In this document: positions 38,001 to 48,478 of the stretch, piece by piece
How positions within the stretch are numbered: the first letter of the stretch is position 1
Layout of the letters: the number at the start of each line of letters is the position of its first letter
Assembly (NCBI GenBank): GCA_027618655.1
Contig: JAQCEL010000004.1
Span: 1 to 57,590, forward strand
Source: Pseudomonadota bacterium
Lineage (GTDB): Bacteria; Pseudomonadota; Gammaproteobacteria; Ga0077536
DNA length: 57,590 nt
Direction of reading: 5' to 3'
Notes under the pieces: model-generated
The model's database searches: none
What the model was told of the DNA's origin: nothing
Seen by the model: the letters and a program-made list of their open reading frames with translations, nothing else
Made by a program: the position numbers and the translations under genes

Positions 38001-38133
38001 TATTTAGCAACGTGCGGCCTGTGCGCGTTTCCGATGCGTGTTTGACCGCACTCACAACCCCGCTTTTACACCGGACGGTAGAACTTCTAAACTGTAGGCA
38101 ACGTATCGCGCTAACGCGCCTTGGAGAATAATC

Positions 38134-39330
38134 ATGTGGAAATACCTGCGGTTCGCTTATATCCACTGGACATGGATCCCGCTCACCATTGTTGGCTTCT
38201 TACTTGGCGGCTGGTGGGTTTGGACGGGATTTGCTTATTTGTTTGTCATCGGAGTCGGTGGTGAAATTCTCACTCACCAATCGAGGGACGAGACAACGCC
38301 GCATTACAGCTATCCGATTATTCACGACCTGATCCTATATTCCGTCGTCATCAGTCACGCAGTGGCGTTGTTCGTCGCCGCGTGGGCATGCAGCAGCAGC
38401 GATGTACTTGGTTTTGGCAGTCTCGCCAATTTCTTATTTTCTGCACTCGGGTCCACCGTTGACGTTTTTGCCGCGCGCGAAGCAAATGTTTGGTATGACT
38501 ATGTGGGGATCGGCATGTCCTTAGGTGGGGTGCTTGGGGTTAGCGGAATCAGCGCTGCGCATGAGCTGACGCATCGCATAGCGCGTCCGCTCGACATGTG
38601 GTTCGGACGGTGGGACTTTGCTTTGATGTTCGGGACAAACTTTGCGACCGAGCATGTTTTCGGGCACCACATGAATCTGGGTTATGCCGGTGTCGATACT
38701 GTTTCGCCGAAACGTGGCGTTGGCTTTTACGAATTCCTCACCGCTGGCGGCTGGGCTCAATGGAAAGGAGGCTACGATATCGAGCGCGCGCGTCTCGAGA
38801 AACTCGGGAAACACTGGTTTTCGCCAGCTAATCGGGTCGTCTGCGCTTGGTTGCGGGGCGCGTTAGTCGTCTTCGCCGTTGGTTTAATCGGTGGCTGGCT
38901 AGCATTTTTCGTTTGGCTAATTGCAGCGGCATTCGCGAAGTACATATTGGAAGGCCTTAATTTCTTTTCCCACTATGGACTGATCCGCTTGCGAGGCGAG
39001 AAAGTGACCACCCGCAATACGTTTTCAAGCTTCAATCCACTCAGCAATCATTTCACGTTTAATCTCGGTCGACACGGCTCGCACCATGAATTCGCTAGAC
39101 CCTATTACTTTCACGAATACAAACCGATGCCTGAGTCGCCGTTTGGTTATCTAACGATGACCTTGGTGTCGTGGTTTCCGCCGGTATTTTGGAAACTGAT
39201 GGTCCCGATGCTGAAGGACTGGGACGAAAAATGGGCGAGCCCTGCGGAGCTCGCGGTCCTCGCGCAGCACAACCGTGAATCAGGCCTCAAGGAATTGGCA
39301 AAAAATTTGCACTGTGGCGGCGCACGGTAG
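38134..39330 (+). CDS. Membrane di-iron monooxygenase, AlkB/XylM (desaturase-like) family, divergent
   Basis: His boxes HELTH, EHVFGHH, NFFSHYG, RHGSHH; PFGY; multiple TM helices; GGAG RBS. Confidence 0.87.
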   Translation: MWKYLRFAYIHWTWIPLTIVGFLLGGWWVWTGFAYLFVIGVGGEILTHQSRDETTPHYSYPIIHDLILYSVVISHAVALFVAAWACSSSDVLGFGSLANFLFSALGSTVDVFAAREANVWYDYVGIGMSLGGVLGVSGISAAHELTHRIARPLDMWFGRWDFALMFGTNFATEHVFGHHMNLGYAGVDTVSPKRGVGFYEFLTAGGWAQWKGGYDIERARLEKLGKHWFSPANRVVCAWLRGALVVFAVGLIGGWLAFFVWLIAAAFAKYILEGLNFFSHYGLIRLRGEKVTTRNTFSSFNPLSNHFTFNLGRHGSHHEFARPYYFHEYKPMPESPFGYLTMTLVSWFPPVFWKLMVPMLKDWDEKWASPAELAVLAQHNRESGLKELAKNLHCGGAR

Positions 39331-39374
39331 ACAATCGTGTGCCAAATTCGTGTGATCTCTTGAAGGAAAATTCG

Positions 39375-39851
39375 ATGAAAATTGCAACAGCCCCTGAGAA
39401 TTTTGTCACTGGTTATAAGCCTGATGCTATCGAATGGCAGCATATTGTTGGTTCGCCACGCTTCGATTACCCCATTGACTACTGGGTTGCGGTACTCGGC
39501 GTGCAGCCAGAGATCGGGCAGATCGACTTTCTAAGCCGCTGGGAACCGAATGCATATTGTCATTACCATCGCCATCTCGGCGACGTATCCCTGCTTGTAT
39601 TAGAAGGCGAACATCACGTTGTTGAAACGACGGAAACCGAAACCATCCACAAAATTCGTAAACCCGGTCATTTCGTACGCAACGCGGGCGGTGATCTTCA
39701 CATGGAATACGGCGGTCCAGAAGGTGCCGTTGTATTCTTTAGTTGTCGGGCCGTGGAAGACGGCAAATTGTTTGACGTATTGACGAACGATGGCAAAGTG
39801 CTTGTCTCAGCGACAATCAATGATTTCCTAGACGGTAAATTGAACGGCTAA
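39375..39851 (+). CDS. Cupin-fold protein of unknown function
   Basis: CHYHRH...LVLEGEH and GDLHME metal-binding cupin pattern; AAGGA RBS. Confidence 0.7.
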   Translation: MKIATAPENFVTGYKPDAIEWQHIVGSPRFDYPIDYWVAVLGVQPEIGQIDFLSRWEPNAYCHYHRHLGDVSLLVLEGEHHVVETTETETIHKIRKPGHFVRNAGGDLHMEYGGPEGAVVFFSCRAVEDGKLFDVLTNDGKVLVSATINDFLDGKLNG

Positions 39852-39868
39852 CGGGTTGTCGACAAGAT

Positions 39869-39892
39869 TCCCGCGACGGTCCGGTCGCGGGA
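39869..39892. terminator. Hairpin between convergent genes (possibly bidirectional terminator)
   Basis: TCCCGCGAC-ggtccg-GTCGCGGGA, a perfect 9-bp stem. Confidence 0.6.
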
Positions 39893-39978
39893 GAACTTAA
39901 GCAGAATGTTCAAAACGAGTCGGCGCACGTCGAAGGTGGCGCCGGAGAATATCTAGCTCCTCCTTGCGACTGTAAGGT

Positions 39979-41595
39979 CTAAATTCTTGCGCCGTCGAGC
40001 TCGCCAGCGCGATGCTGCTCAACTAATTTGAATTTCTGAAGTTTCCCAGACGCCGTCGTTGGGATCTCGGATAACGCGAACCAGTGCTTCGGGACCTTGT
40101 GGCGGGCGAGTTGCGTGCCAACAAAACGCTGCAATTGCTCCCCCGCGACGCTGCGATTGAGCTCGAAGCGAACAACGGCTGCGACTTCTTCGCCCCAGTA
40201 GTCGTCGGCAATACCAATGACGGCGACATCGGCAACGTCGGGATGCGTATAGATGATTTCTTCTATCTCGCGAGGATAGATGTTTTCCCCGCCGCGAATA
40301 ATCATGTCTTTCAGCCGACCCGTAATTCTGCAGTATCCCCGCGAGTCCATCGTGCACAGATCGCCAGTATGCAGCCAGCCGTCGCGATCAATGGTAGCGG
40401 CGGTTGCATCTGGCATTTCGAAATAGCCCATCATCACCAGAAAGCCGCGCGTGCATAATTCCCCGGATGTATCGACCGGTTGGGTCACACCGGTTTCGGG
40501 GTCGACGATTTTTATTTCTACTTGCGGTATTGCGTAACCAATCGGTTCGCTTTTATCGGCTGCACTATCTGTGAGTCGCGTATGCGTGATCGCGGGAGAC
40601 GTTTCAGTTTGGCCATAGCTAATGATCAATCGAGCACTGAATTCTGTTTCTACTCTTTTGACAATCTCCATTGGCACGATAGCGCCGCCGGAGAACACGG
40701 TTCCAAGACTCGAAAGATCCCGCGGCCGATGGGCCTGCGCAGCAAGCAGCGCGATCAGCATCGTCGGCACGGCGAAGGTATAGGTCACTTGCTCTTGCTC
40801 GATTAAATCGAGCATCGATTCGGCGTCGAACGCTGACGGCAATAGTAAAGTGCCGCCAGTTTGTACGGACCCCAGCACGCCGCCAACACAGCCGGCGGTA
40901 TGGAACAATGGCGCGACTGCGAGGTTAATGGTCGCGGCATCCTGCGCCTTAATTTCCGCCATGAAGCGCGCATTATTCGTCACGCTGTAATGGTTTAAGA
41001 GCGCGCCTTTCGGCAGGCCAGTGGTCCCAGAGGTGTATTGAATCATCGCTGGGAGACTCGGCTGAACGGCTGGTAATTCTTGGGTCTCGGGACCCGAGTT
41101 GACGAAATGGTTAAAATCGTCGAAGCAAATCTTTAGGTCGAGCTTGATTGATTCGATCGCGCACGCCTGATCGATCACGGACGCCATAGTCTGACCGCGA
41201 TATTCGCGTTGATAGAAAATCGCCCGCGCGCGCGATTGACGGAGAACGTAAGCGAGTTCTCCGACCAAATAGGCCGGATTAACCGTCACTATGACAAGTC
41301 CAGATAGTGCGATCCCGAACAGCAGAATCACCCATTCGGGACAATTCGCCGACCACACCGCGATGTGTGTCCCGATCGGAAATTTTGCGCTGAGTGCCCG
41401 TGCGCAACGCTCGGAATCCGCGAGCAGTTCGGCATAAGTCCACTGACGCCGCTGACCCAATGGACGGTCAGCATCGATGAGCGCAATGCGATCCGGATCT
41501 CGCGCGGCCGCGTCGCGCAACACGCTCCCGCAAGTTGATTCCGCGAGCAGGAGTTCAGAAGTCGCGGGCCAGTATGATTCGTGCAATTGCTTCAT
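39979..41595 (-). CDS. AMP-binding acyl-CoA synthetase
   Basis: IQYTSGTTGLPKG, YGQTETSP, GWLHTGD, GRLKDMIIRGGENIYPREIE, TASGKLQK. Confidence 0.95.
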   Translation of the reverse strand: MKQLHESYWPATSELLLAESTCGSVLRDAAARDPDRIALIDADRPLGQRRQWTYAELLADSERCARALSAKFPIGTHIAVWSANCPEWVILLFGIALSGLVIVTVNPAYLVGELAYVLRQSRARAIFYQREYRGQTMASVIDQACAIESIKLDLKICFDDFNHFVNSGPETQELPAVQPSLPAMIQYTSGTTGLPKGALLNHYSVTNNARFMAEIKAQDAATINLAVAPLFHTAGCVGGVLGSVQTGGTLLLPSAFDAESMLDLIEQEQVTYTFAVPTMLIALLAAQAHRPRDLSSLGTVFSGGAIVPMEIVKRVETEFSARLIISYGQTETSPAITHTRLTDSAADKSEPIGYAIPQVEIKIVDPETGVTQPVDTSGELCTRGFLVMMGYFEMPDATAATIDRDGWLHTGDLCTMDSRGYCRITGRLKDMIIRGGENIYPREIEEIIYTHPDVADVAVIGIADDYWGEEVAAVVRFELNRSVAGEQLQRFVGTQLARHKVPKHWFALSEIPTTASGKLQKFKLVEQHRAGELDGARI

Positions 41596-41902
41596 GCGCC
41601 AAGTCCAATTTTTCTAGAAGGGAATTTAATTGTGTGAAGTACGGATGCGTGTATGTCCATAGTCCGACAATTTTAGTGTCGATGACGAAGCCTAAAGTGG
41701 AATTTGGGATCGGCATTACGTTTCACGTCATTAATGTTCGTAATGCCACTTTTATACGCGAAATCGACGAGAGAACTCTATCAGGTGTGCGAAATATTTC
41801 GTGATTGTCCGAGCTGCTGGGCTGCGTAGTAGACATCCGGGTTAAGATCGGTGGACGACGAGTCTGTCAGCCAGTCACCACTAATTTCAGGAGTTTACGA
41901 GC

Positions 41903-42673
41903 ATGGATAATCCGATGAGTCTCGAAGGTCGGGTCATTATTATCACCGGCGCGGCGCAAGGTATCGGCCGCGGCGTCGCGACGAAAGCCGCCTCTCTAGG
42001 TGCCAAATTGGCTTTGATCGACATCAATGGCGACGGTGCGCAGGAAACCGCCAAGCGCCTTGGCGATGACATCGATGTGTATGCGGGCAGTGTCGCCGAC
42101 GCAGGGTTCATTCAAGACACTGTAGAAAGCGTTGTCGCCAAGCACGGTATTATTCATGGCTTGTTTAATAATGCGGGCATCATTCGCACCGCCATGATTC
42201 ATAAAATGTCACTGGCGGATTGGCAGGCTGTAATTGATGTCAATTTGACCGGCGTATTTCATTGCCTGCAAGCCGTTGGTCGCCACATGATCGAGCGCGC
42301 TAATGATGATAATAACGAACCGTCGCGCATCGTCAACGTTTCTTCGATCGCGGGACGGCGCGGCACGATCGGTCAAATAAATTACGGCGCGGCGAAGTCC
42401 GGGGTGTTAGGTATTACGATGAGCGCAGCGCGTGAATGGGCGCGCTACGGGATCTGCGTCAACAGTGTTTGTTTTGGCGCGGTAGAAACACCCATGACGG
42501 AAGTGATCCGTGGTCCTAAGTTTATTGATCGGACCTTAGCGTCAATCCCGATGGGACGCATCGCGGAACCTGATGAAGTTGCCGGTCCTTGTTGTTTTTT
42601 GCTGTCAGATATCGCGAGCTATATCACCGGCCAGCATCTCAACATTGACGGCGGCTCGCAAATCGGTTTTTAG
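41903..42673 (+). CDS. SDR family oxidoreductase (FabG-like)
   Basis: TGAAQGIG, NNAGI, GQINYGAAK, VETPMT. Confidence 0.92.
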   Translation: MDNPMSLEGRVIIITGAAQGIGRGVATKAASLGAKLALIDINGDGAQETAKRLGDDIDVYAGSVADAGFIQDTVESVVAKHGIIHGLFNNAGIIRTAMIHKMSLADWQAVIDVNLTGVFHCLQAVGRHMIERANDDNNEPSRIVNVSSIAGRRGTIGQINYGAAKSGVLGITMSAAREWARYGICVNSVCFGAVETPMTEVIRGPKFIDRTLASIPMGRIAEPDEVAGPCCFLLSDIASYITGQHLNIDGGSQIGF

Positions 42674-42680
42674 TCCGCAA

Positions 42681-42710
42681 CGCCAGCCTCGCGACGGTGC
42701 TAGGCTGGCG
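42681..42710. terminator. Hairpin between the convergent SDR and BVMO genes
   Basis: CGCCAGCCT...AGGCTGGCG, a perfect 9-bp outer stem. Confidence 0.6.
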
Positions 42711-42775
42711 AGCGTCGCAAGTGCCTCTAAGCGGAAAATGCTCGAATAGGGCAGTTGCGACGTCTATTTTTTCGG

Positions 42776-44374
42776 CTAGCTGAGACGGAAGCCTTCGTAG
42801 CCTTTTGCGGCAACGTCAGCGAAGATCTCTCGATACGCCGGCACGCCCCCCGCAAACAATAAGAATCGGCCGCGAACGTTTTCTGGATTCGTGCTACCAA
42901 AGAACCAGGAGTCCTGCATGTCGTTAATCAACAGACCTTCGGCCGATTTGTAACAGCGCTCGGTCCAGGCTTCTTCTGCTTCTACAGTCGCTTCAATGGT
43001 TTCGAATCCATTGTCGCGTAAATAACGCATGCAGCCGACGATCCATTCGACGTTGCTTTCAACGCAGCGCGTGATATTGCAGAACAACGCTGGATTATGC
43101 GGACCCATGATGGCGAACAAGTTTGGAAAGCCAGAGAACTGCACACCGAGGTTCGTCTTCGGCCCATCCGACCAATGTTCTTTTAAGGACTTGCCGTTCT
43201 CGCCACGAATATCCATGCGCAACAGCTCACCCGTAATACTGTGAAAACCCGTCGCGTAAATAATGATGTCGAAGTCGTGCAAGTCAGCGCCCGTTTCGAT
43301 GCCGGTGGGGGTGATTTTCGTGATGGGCGTTTCGCGCAGATCGACGAGATCCACCGTGTCCAGATTGAAAATCTCGTAATAGTTTTTTTCACCAGGGCAA
43401 CGCTTTGTACCAAACGTGTGTTTCGGGATCAGTTTCTCGGCCATCACTGGATCTTTTACGCGTTCACGGATTTTCCCAGCGAGAAATTCGGCGACTTCGT
43501 CCGCTGCTTCACGCGACGTAAACGAATCACTAAAATTGCCGAGCCACAGTGAGAATCCGCCGCGATCGTACAACTCCTGATAGCGCGCCAAACGCTCCGC
43601 TTTCGGCACGGTCATCGCGGCTCTTGCGTCGGGTTCGTGAATAAATCCTGCCCAGGTACGTTTGCAGAGATCGAAAATGTCTTGTGCTTTGCGATCGAAT
43701 TCGAGTTGCTCTTGCGGCGTGATCGACGCGTTACGCAGCGGTGTACACCAATTGGCAGTGCGTTGGAAAACCGTTAATTGCGCGCAATCTGGTGCGATCG
43801 ATTGGATGATCTGAACGGCAGTTGGCCCGCTGCCAATGATACCAACTTTCTTGCCCTTGAAATCGACGGGTTCTTTCGGCCAACGCGCGCTATGCAGCGA
43901 CAGTCCTTTAAAACTTTCGACACCTTCATAGTCAGGAAATTGGTGAGCAGACAGTAGTCCGGTCGCGCACATGACAAAGCGTGCGTTTGCGCGTAGACCG
44001 TTTTGGGTTTCGATTTCCCACAACTTGTCAGTCTCGTTGTAAACAACCGTCGCGACTCTCGCGTTCAATTCGATGTCGCGTTTTAAATCGAATTTGTCGG
44101 CGACGTGGTGCAAGTAGCGTTCGATTTCTGGCTGAGCAGAAAAATGCTCGCTCCATTTCCATTCATCGATCAATTCCTTGGAGAATGAGTATTGGTAGGA
44201 GTAACTTTCCGAATCGAATCGGGCGCCCGGATATCGATTCCAATACCACGTACCGCCAATTCCCGTGCCGGCCTCAAAAACTTTCGCCGAAAATCCGAGT
44301 TCGCGAAGTTTATATAGGGAATAAAGGCCGGATACACCGGCACCGATGACAATCACATCGTATTGTTGGGTCAT
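42776..44374 (-). CDS. Type I Baeyer-Villiger monooxygenase (CHMO/PAMO-like)
   Basis: GAGVSG, GGTWYWNRYPGARFD, BVMO fingerprint FKGLSLHSARWP, GSGPTAVQ, ATGF. Confidence 0.94.
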   Translation of the reverse strand: MTQQYDVIVIGAGVSGLYSLYKLRELGFSAKVFEAGTGIGGTWYWNRYPGARFDSESYSYQYSFSKELIDEWKWSEHFSAQPEIERYLHHVADKFDLKRDIELNARVATVVYNETDKLWEIETQNGLRANARFVMCATGLLSAHQFPDYEGVESFKGLSLHSARWPKEPVDFKGKKVGIIGSGPTAVQIIQSIAPDCAQLTVFQRTANWCTPLRNASITPQEQLEFDRKAQDIFDLCKRTWAGFIHEPDARAAMTVPKAERLARYQELYDRGGFSLWLGNFSDSFTSREAADEVAEFLAGKIRERVKDPVMAEKLIPKHTFGTKRCPGEKNYYEIFNLDTVDLVDLRETPITKITPTGIETGADLHDFDIIIYATGFHSITGELLRMDIRGENGKSLKEHWSDGPKTNLGVQFSGFPNLFAIMGPHNPALFCNITRCVESNVEWIVGCMRYLRDNGFETIEATVEAEEAWTERCYKSAEGLLINDMQDSWFFGSTNPENVRGRFLLFAGGVPAYREIFADVAAKGYEGFRLS

Positions 44375-44725
44375 GCTGAAAATCCTCGCGATCTGTAGCT
44401 TGTGCAAGCTTATGCGCGGACTTTAGCACGAAGGAGGGTGTCAGCGCTTGTCCTAGGGGCGTGCTTAACAAGGTAGGAGAACGTGACAAACGGTTTCATC
44501 TAACCTGAAACTAAGGGCGATTCGAGTCCTTCGGCGTTTTCTTAAAATTGCCATCTCAACGCGCTAAACGCGTTATTGTTACTCGCTCAGGAGCGACTTC
44601 CTGAGTTAGCCGTCAATCTTTGTTTGTCTCTGGAGACTAGGTTTTCTCGGTTCCTAAGTTTCAAGGTCAGTAAAAATCCTCGCGCATACGTCACCGTGTC
44701 GGAGTCGGATAATCGTCAACTTGAT

Positions 44726-45478
44726 CTATCGCGCGAGGCGTTTTGCGGCTTCCCGCAATCGGATCTGGGCGTCTTCGCTATTCCAGATTTCGACTTGACG
44801 AGCAACTCGGGCAGACATTTGTTGTCTCACGTCGGCGCAAAATCCGCCACTACGCATATTCTTTGTTTCGGCAAATGCTTCTGGGGCGAGCTCACACAGA
44901 AATTTGAGTTGTTCCCATGCGGTCGCTTCAATATTTGTTCTCTCCGCGACCCCATGAATCAACTTTTGGGCGAACGCTTCCTCACCAGAGATCAGTTTCC
45001 CGGTATAAATTAAATCCGAGGCAATAAAATCGCCGGCGATGAAACGTACTAACTGATCCGCAAAGTAGGGATTTGGTACGCCAAGTAGAATTTCCGGTTT
45101 GCCGATTAACACGCGGCCTTTGCTTGCATATCGATAATCGCACGCGAGTAGTAGCGCCATCGCCGCGCCTATCGCATGCCCTTTAATTACACCAACGATT
45201 GGTAACGGCGATTCCATTATTTGCAGGATGCAATAGCCGAGCTCTAGGAACATCGCGCGCATCCCGGCGCTCGGTTGCGCGAGTGCCCACTCGAGATCGA
45301 CGCCGTTCGAGAAAAACTTATCTCCGCCGCACAGTAATATTCCCCGTGCATCGCGCTCTGCGTCTGTTAGCGCGCTCGATAGTGCTTGCACGACATCCGT
45401 GGTGAGCATATTCGTAGGCCCCGAGGCCAAACGAATCTGAACACAATCTCCGATCCGTTCGCTAACGACGGGATTCAT
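44726..45478 (-). CDS. Enoyl-CoA hydratase/isomerase family protein
   Basis: KFFSNGVDL, KGHAIGAA..L.LACDYR, PEILLG. Confidence 0.88.
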   Translation of the reverse strand: MNPVVSERIGDCVQIRLASGPTNMLTTDVVQALSSALTDAERDARGILLCGGDKFFSNGVDLEWALAQPSAGMRAMFLELGYCILQIMESPLPIVGVIKGHAIGAAMALLLACDYRYASKGRVLIGKPEILLGVPNPYFADQLVRFIAGDFIASDLIYTGKLISGEEAFAQKLIHGVAERTNIEATAWEQLKFLCELAPEAFAETKNMRSGGFCADVRQQMSARVARQVEIWNSEDAQIRLREAAKRLAR

Positions 45479-45531
45479 TGGGCGCTTGGGGTGGTTAGCA
45501 GATGAAGACCGGAAATAGTAACGTCCTCAAT

Positions 45532-46737
45532 TTACGCAGCGTACTCGCTAATGATCTGCTTACCGAGCGCCATCATGTGCACTTGGCAAGGACCGTCGGC
45601 TTGTCGGCACCAGCGTGCGTAATTGAACGCCTCAGCCATAAAGTAATCGCCGGTCAAGCCACCCGCGCCGTGAATTTGCATGCAGCGATCGATCACGGTT
45701 TGCGCCATATTGGGTACCGCGATCTTCGAGGCGGCGATTAGATCGCGTGCTTCGCGCGCGCCCACCGCGTCCATTTTCTCTGCCGTTTTCATGGTTAACA
45801 ATCGAGCTTGCTCTATTTCGCAAAACGATTTTGCGATGTCCTCGCGAATCGATTGATGTTCGGATAATTTCTTACCAAAAGTACTGCGCGATACCGCCCG
45901 ACGGCAGGCAAACTCTAGCGAGCGCTGTGCGCAACCAATGAGCCGCATACAATGATGAATACGGCCAGGCCCGAGGCGACCTTGGGCGATTTCGAATCCG
46001 CGACCTTCACCGAGCAATATGTTTTCCGCAGGTACGCGGACATTGTCAAAATGAATTTCGGCATGGCCTTGCGGTGCGTCATCGTAACCCAAGGTCGTTA
46101 GTGGGCGGATGAAGGTGAGGCCGGGCGTGCCGCGTGGGACCAGTATCTGGCTTTGTTGTAAGTGTCGATTCGGGTTGTTGGGATCGGATTTTCCCATCAC
46201 GATAAAGATCTGTGTACGCTCATACAGGGCATTCGTGATAAACCATTTGCGACCGTTGATGACGTATTCGTCCCCCTCGCGCATGATGGACAATTGCACG
46301 TTCGTAGCGTCACTTGAGGCGACGTCAGGCTCAGTCATGGCGAACGCGGATCGAATGTCTCCGGCGAGTAGCGGTTTTAGCCACTGCTCTTTTTGATCAT
46401 CAGTCCCGTATTTCATGAAGACTTCCATATTGCCTGTATCCGGCGCATTGCAATTGAAGACTTCTGGACTCCACAAAACCCGACCCATGATTTCAGCGAG
46501 CGGCGCGTAATCGGCGTTGCTCAAACCGCCGTGACTCTTCGGTACGAATAGATTCCATAAACCTACCTCGCGCGCCTTGGCCTTCAACTCTTCCATCAAA
46601 GGTACGGTTTGAAAACGATTTTCCATGGCGTTCAATTGCGCGTGGTAATTCGTTTCGTTCGGATAAATATGCGCATCCATAAACGCGAGTAAGTGGTCTT
46701 TTAGTTCTTGTGGGCTAGCTTCGATATTCGCGTACAT
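45532..46737 (-). CDS. Acyl-CoA dehydrogenase
   Basis: [56 protein letters not shown]. Confidence 0.95.
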   Translation of the reverse strand: MYANIEASPQELKDHLLAFMDAHIYPNETNYHAQLNAMENRFQTVPLMEELKAKAREVGLWNLFVPKSHGGLSNADYAPLAEIMGRVLWSPEVFNCNAPDTGNMEVFMKYGTDDQKEQWLKPLLAGDIRSAFAMTEPDVASSDATNVQLSIMREGDEYVINGRKWFITNALYERTQIFIVMGKSDPNNPNRHLQQSQILVPRGTPGLTFIRPLTTLGYDDAPQGHAEIHFDNVRVPAENILLGEGRGFEIAQGRLGPGRIHHCMRLIGCAQRSLEFACRRAVSRSTFGKKLSEHQSIREDIAKSFCEIEQARLLTMKTAEKMDAVGAREARDLIAASKIAVPNMAQTVIDRCMQIHGAGGLTGDYFMAEAFNYARWCRQADGPCQVHMMALGKQIISEYAA

Positions 46738-46898
46738 TTGTGCAGTTTCCTTAATAGTGAGTTTCAATTTGTTACGATAATTTTAACGCGTTGCCTAAGC
46801 GCGCATGTGGACGATCGCGGACCGGTAGCGAGCGGCCGTGTTCGCGACTTATCGACGAACATTAGGAAGTTGTAGGTGCCGGCTAGCTAAAATAACCC

Positions 46899-48104
46899 TT
46901 AGTGCAATCCCAGCAATTGCATTCGAGCGCCTTCTGGAACGTGTCCCATGAGCACCTTGCCGCAATCTTGCATGATCTGATCGGAAAGCAAAATATGTTG
47001 TAAGCCAGCGTGCATGTCGCGATAACAGCGTTGCAAGGGGCTCGCGCGTAATGCGATCCCGCCGCCAAAATTGAAGGCAAACGTGCACACATCCGACATT
47101 ACCTCGTGAGAGTAACGGAACGCGAGTTTGATCAAGGCGAGTTGTTCGTTCGTTGGCGGTTCTTCGTTTAGCAAGCTTTCATCTAGATCGTTCCATGCCG
47201 AATAAACGAACGCTCGGGCCGCTCGGTATTGGGCTTCTGCACGGGCGTATTTTTCCTGAAAACTCGCTGAGTCCGCTAGGACACCGAACGGTCCAGCCTT
47301 ACCCTTAGCGATCGCTCGGAGTTCGTTCAATGCGTGTCGCCCAACACCTAGCGCAAATGAAGTATGACCCCATGCTGTAAACCCGACGATGCCGAGCGAG
47401 TAATGATTGCCGCCTCGCTCGACAGTGCTTTTACTGTAGACGTAGGTGAAATCGTCCGGCACGAAGCGTTCTTCGGCGATACTGTAATCGAAGCTGCCAG
47501 TCCCGCGCAGACCAATAACGTCCCAGTTGTCTTTCAGATCAATCGCACTGCGCGGGACATAGGTGATGATGACGATCAGCCCGCCATGGTCATCCATCAG
47601 GGGTTTTCCATCCTCCATCAGAACACAACCGCTGTGGATCCAATTGGAGTGGTAAATGCCGCTACCATAGCTCCAATCGCCTTTAATCATGTAGCCGCCA
47701 TCGACTTTTCGAGCGAGGCCGCGTGGGATCCCTTGGCCGGCGATGTTCGTGTCAGTTCCGGCTGCGAATACGTCGCGACATCCCGCCTCGGTTATCAACG
47801 AACCACAGCTGCCATGTTGCACCCCCGCGACCATCAGCAACCATCCGGTTGCGCCGTCTATTTGCGAAATGCTTTCTGCGACGTGTAATCCGTCCGACCA
47901 ACTGAGTTCCGAACCGCCCAGCACACGCGGGGTCATCATGTGGAAAAAGCCTTGTGCTTGGAGTCCGGCATAACAAGGGTCGGTCATGTGCCGAATTTTG
48001 TCTGACTCGTCAGCTTGTCCTTCGATTAATCCGGTGAGCGGTTCGAGTCGCTGCAATAATTCGTAATAACCGGGCGCTGCTGGGCTGGCGAGGGCTTCAC
48101 TCAT
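46899..48104 (-). CDS. Acyl-CoA-dehydrogenase-fold flavin-dependent hydroxylase (group D)
   Basis: PRVLGG, DGATGW, GDWSYGSG, DNWDVIGLRGTGSFDY, LQRCYRDMHAGLQH. Confidence 0.87.
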   Translation of the reverse strand: MSEALASPAAPGYYELLQRLEPLTGLIEGQADESDKIRHMTDPCYAGLQAQGFFHMMTPRVLGGSELSWSDGLHVAESISQIDGATGWLLMVAGVQHGSCGSLITEAGCRDVFAAGTDTNIAGQGIPRGLARKVDGGYMIKGDWSYGSGIYHSNWIHSGCVLMEDGKPLMDDHGGLIVIITYVPRSAIDLKDNWDVIGLRGTGSFDYSIAEERFVPDDFTYVYSKSTVERGGNHYSLGIVGFTAWGHTSFALGVGRHALNELRAIAKGKAGPFGVLADSASFQEKYARAEAQYRAARAFVYSAWNDLDESLLNEEPPTNEQLALIKLAFRYSHEVMSDVCTFAFNFGGGIALRASPLQRCYRDMHAGLQHILLSDQIMQDCGKVLMGHVPEGARMQLLGLH

Positions 48105-48478
48105 GGGTCACTACTCCGACTAATTTCCGTATTGACACGCGGCCGCGGACCGAGAACGTCGCGACTATCGATTCTAATCCAAAATGTAGATTGTGATTGC
48201 TGCGCCGCATGATTATTTCGTCAAGGCCATGTAGCAATTTCTGACTCCGATCATTGATCTGTCGGGCGAAGCTGAATATATCGATTTTCGGCCGCGATAT
48301 CGATCTATACTCGTGACTTAGTTCGGCCACAGCAACTGAACAGGAAATCTTCTACAAGCGGATCCGATAGGGGGCCTATGTCACAAGACGTCGGTCGACG
48401 TCGCGACGATATCCTGGACGGTTTATTTTGGCAGCATCGAAACAACACACGTACAAATGGCAGGTGAGGTAGAGGGCA

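Noticed and set aside
44576-45013. 145-aa plus-strand ORF
   Set aside because: Mostly antisense to the enoyl-CoA hydratase, with a TTG start and no motifs
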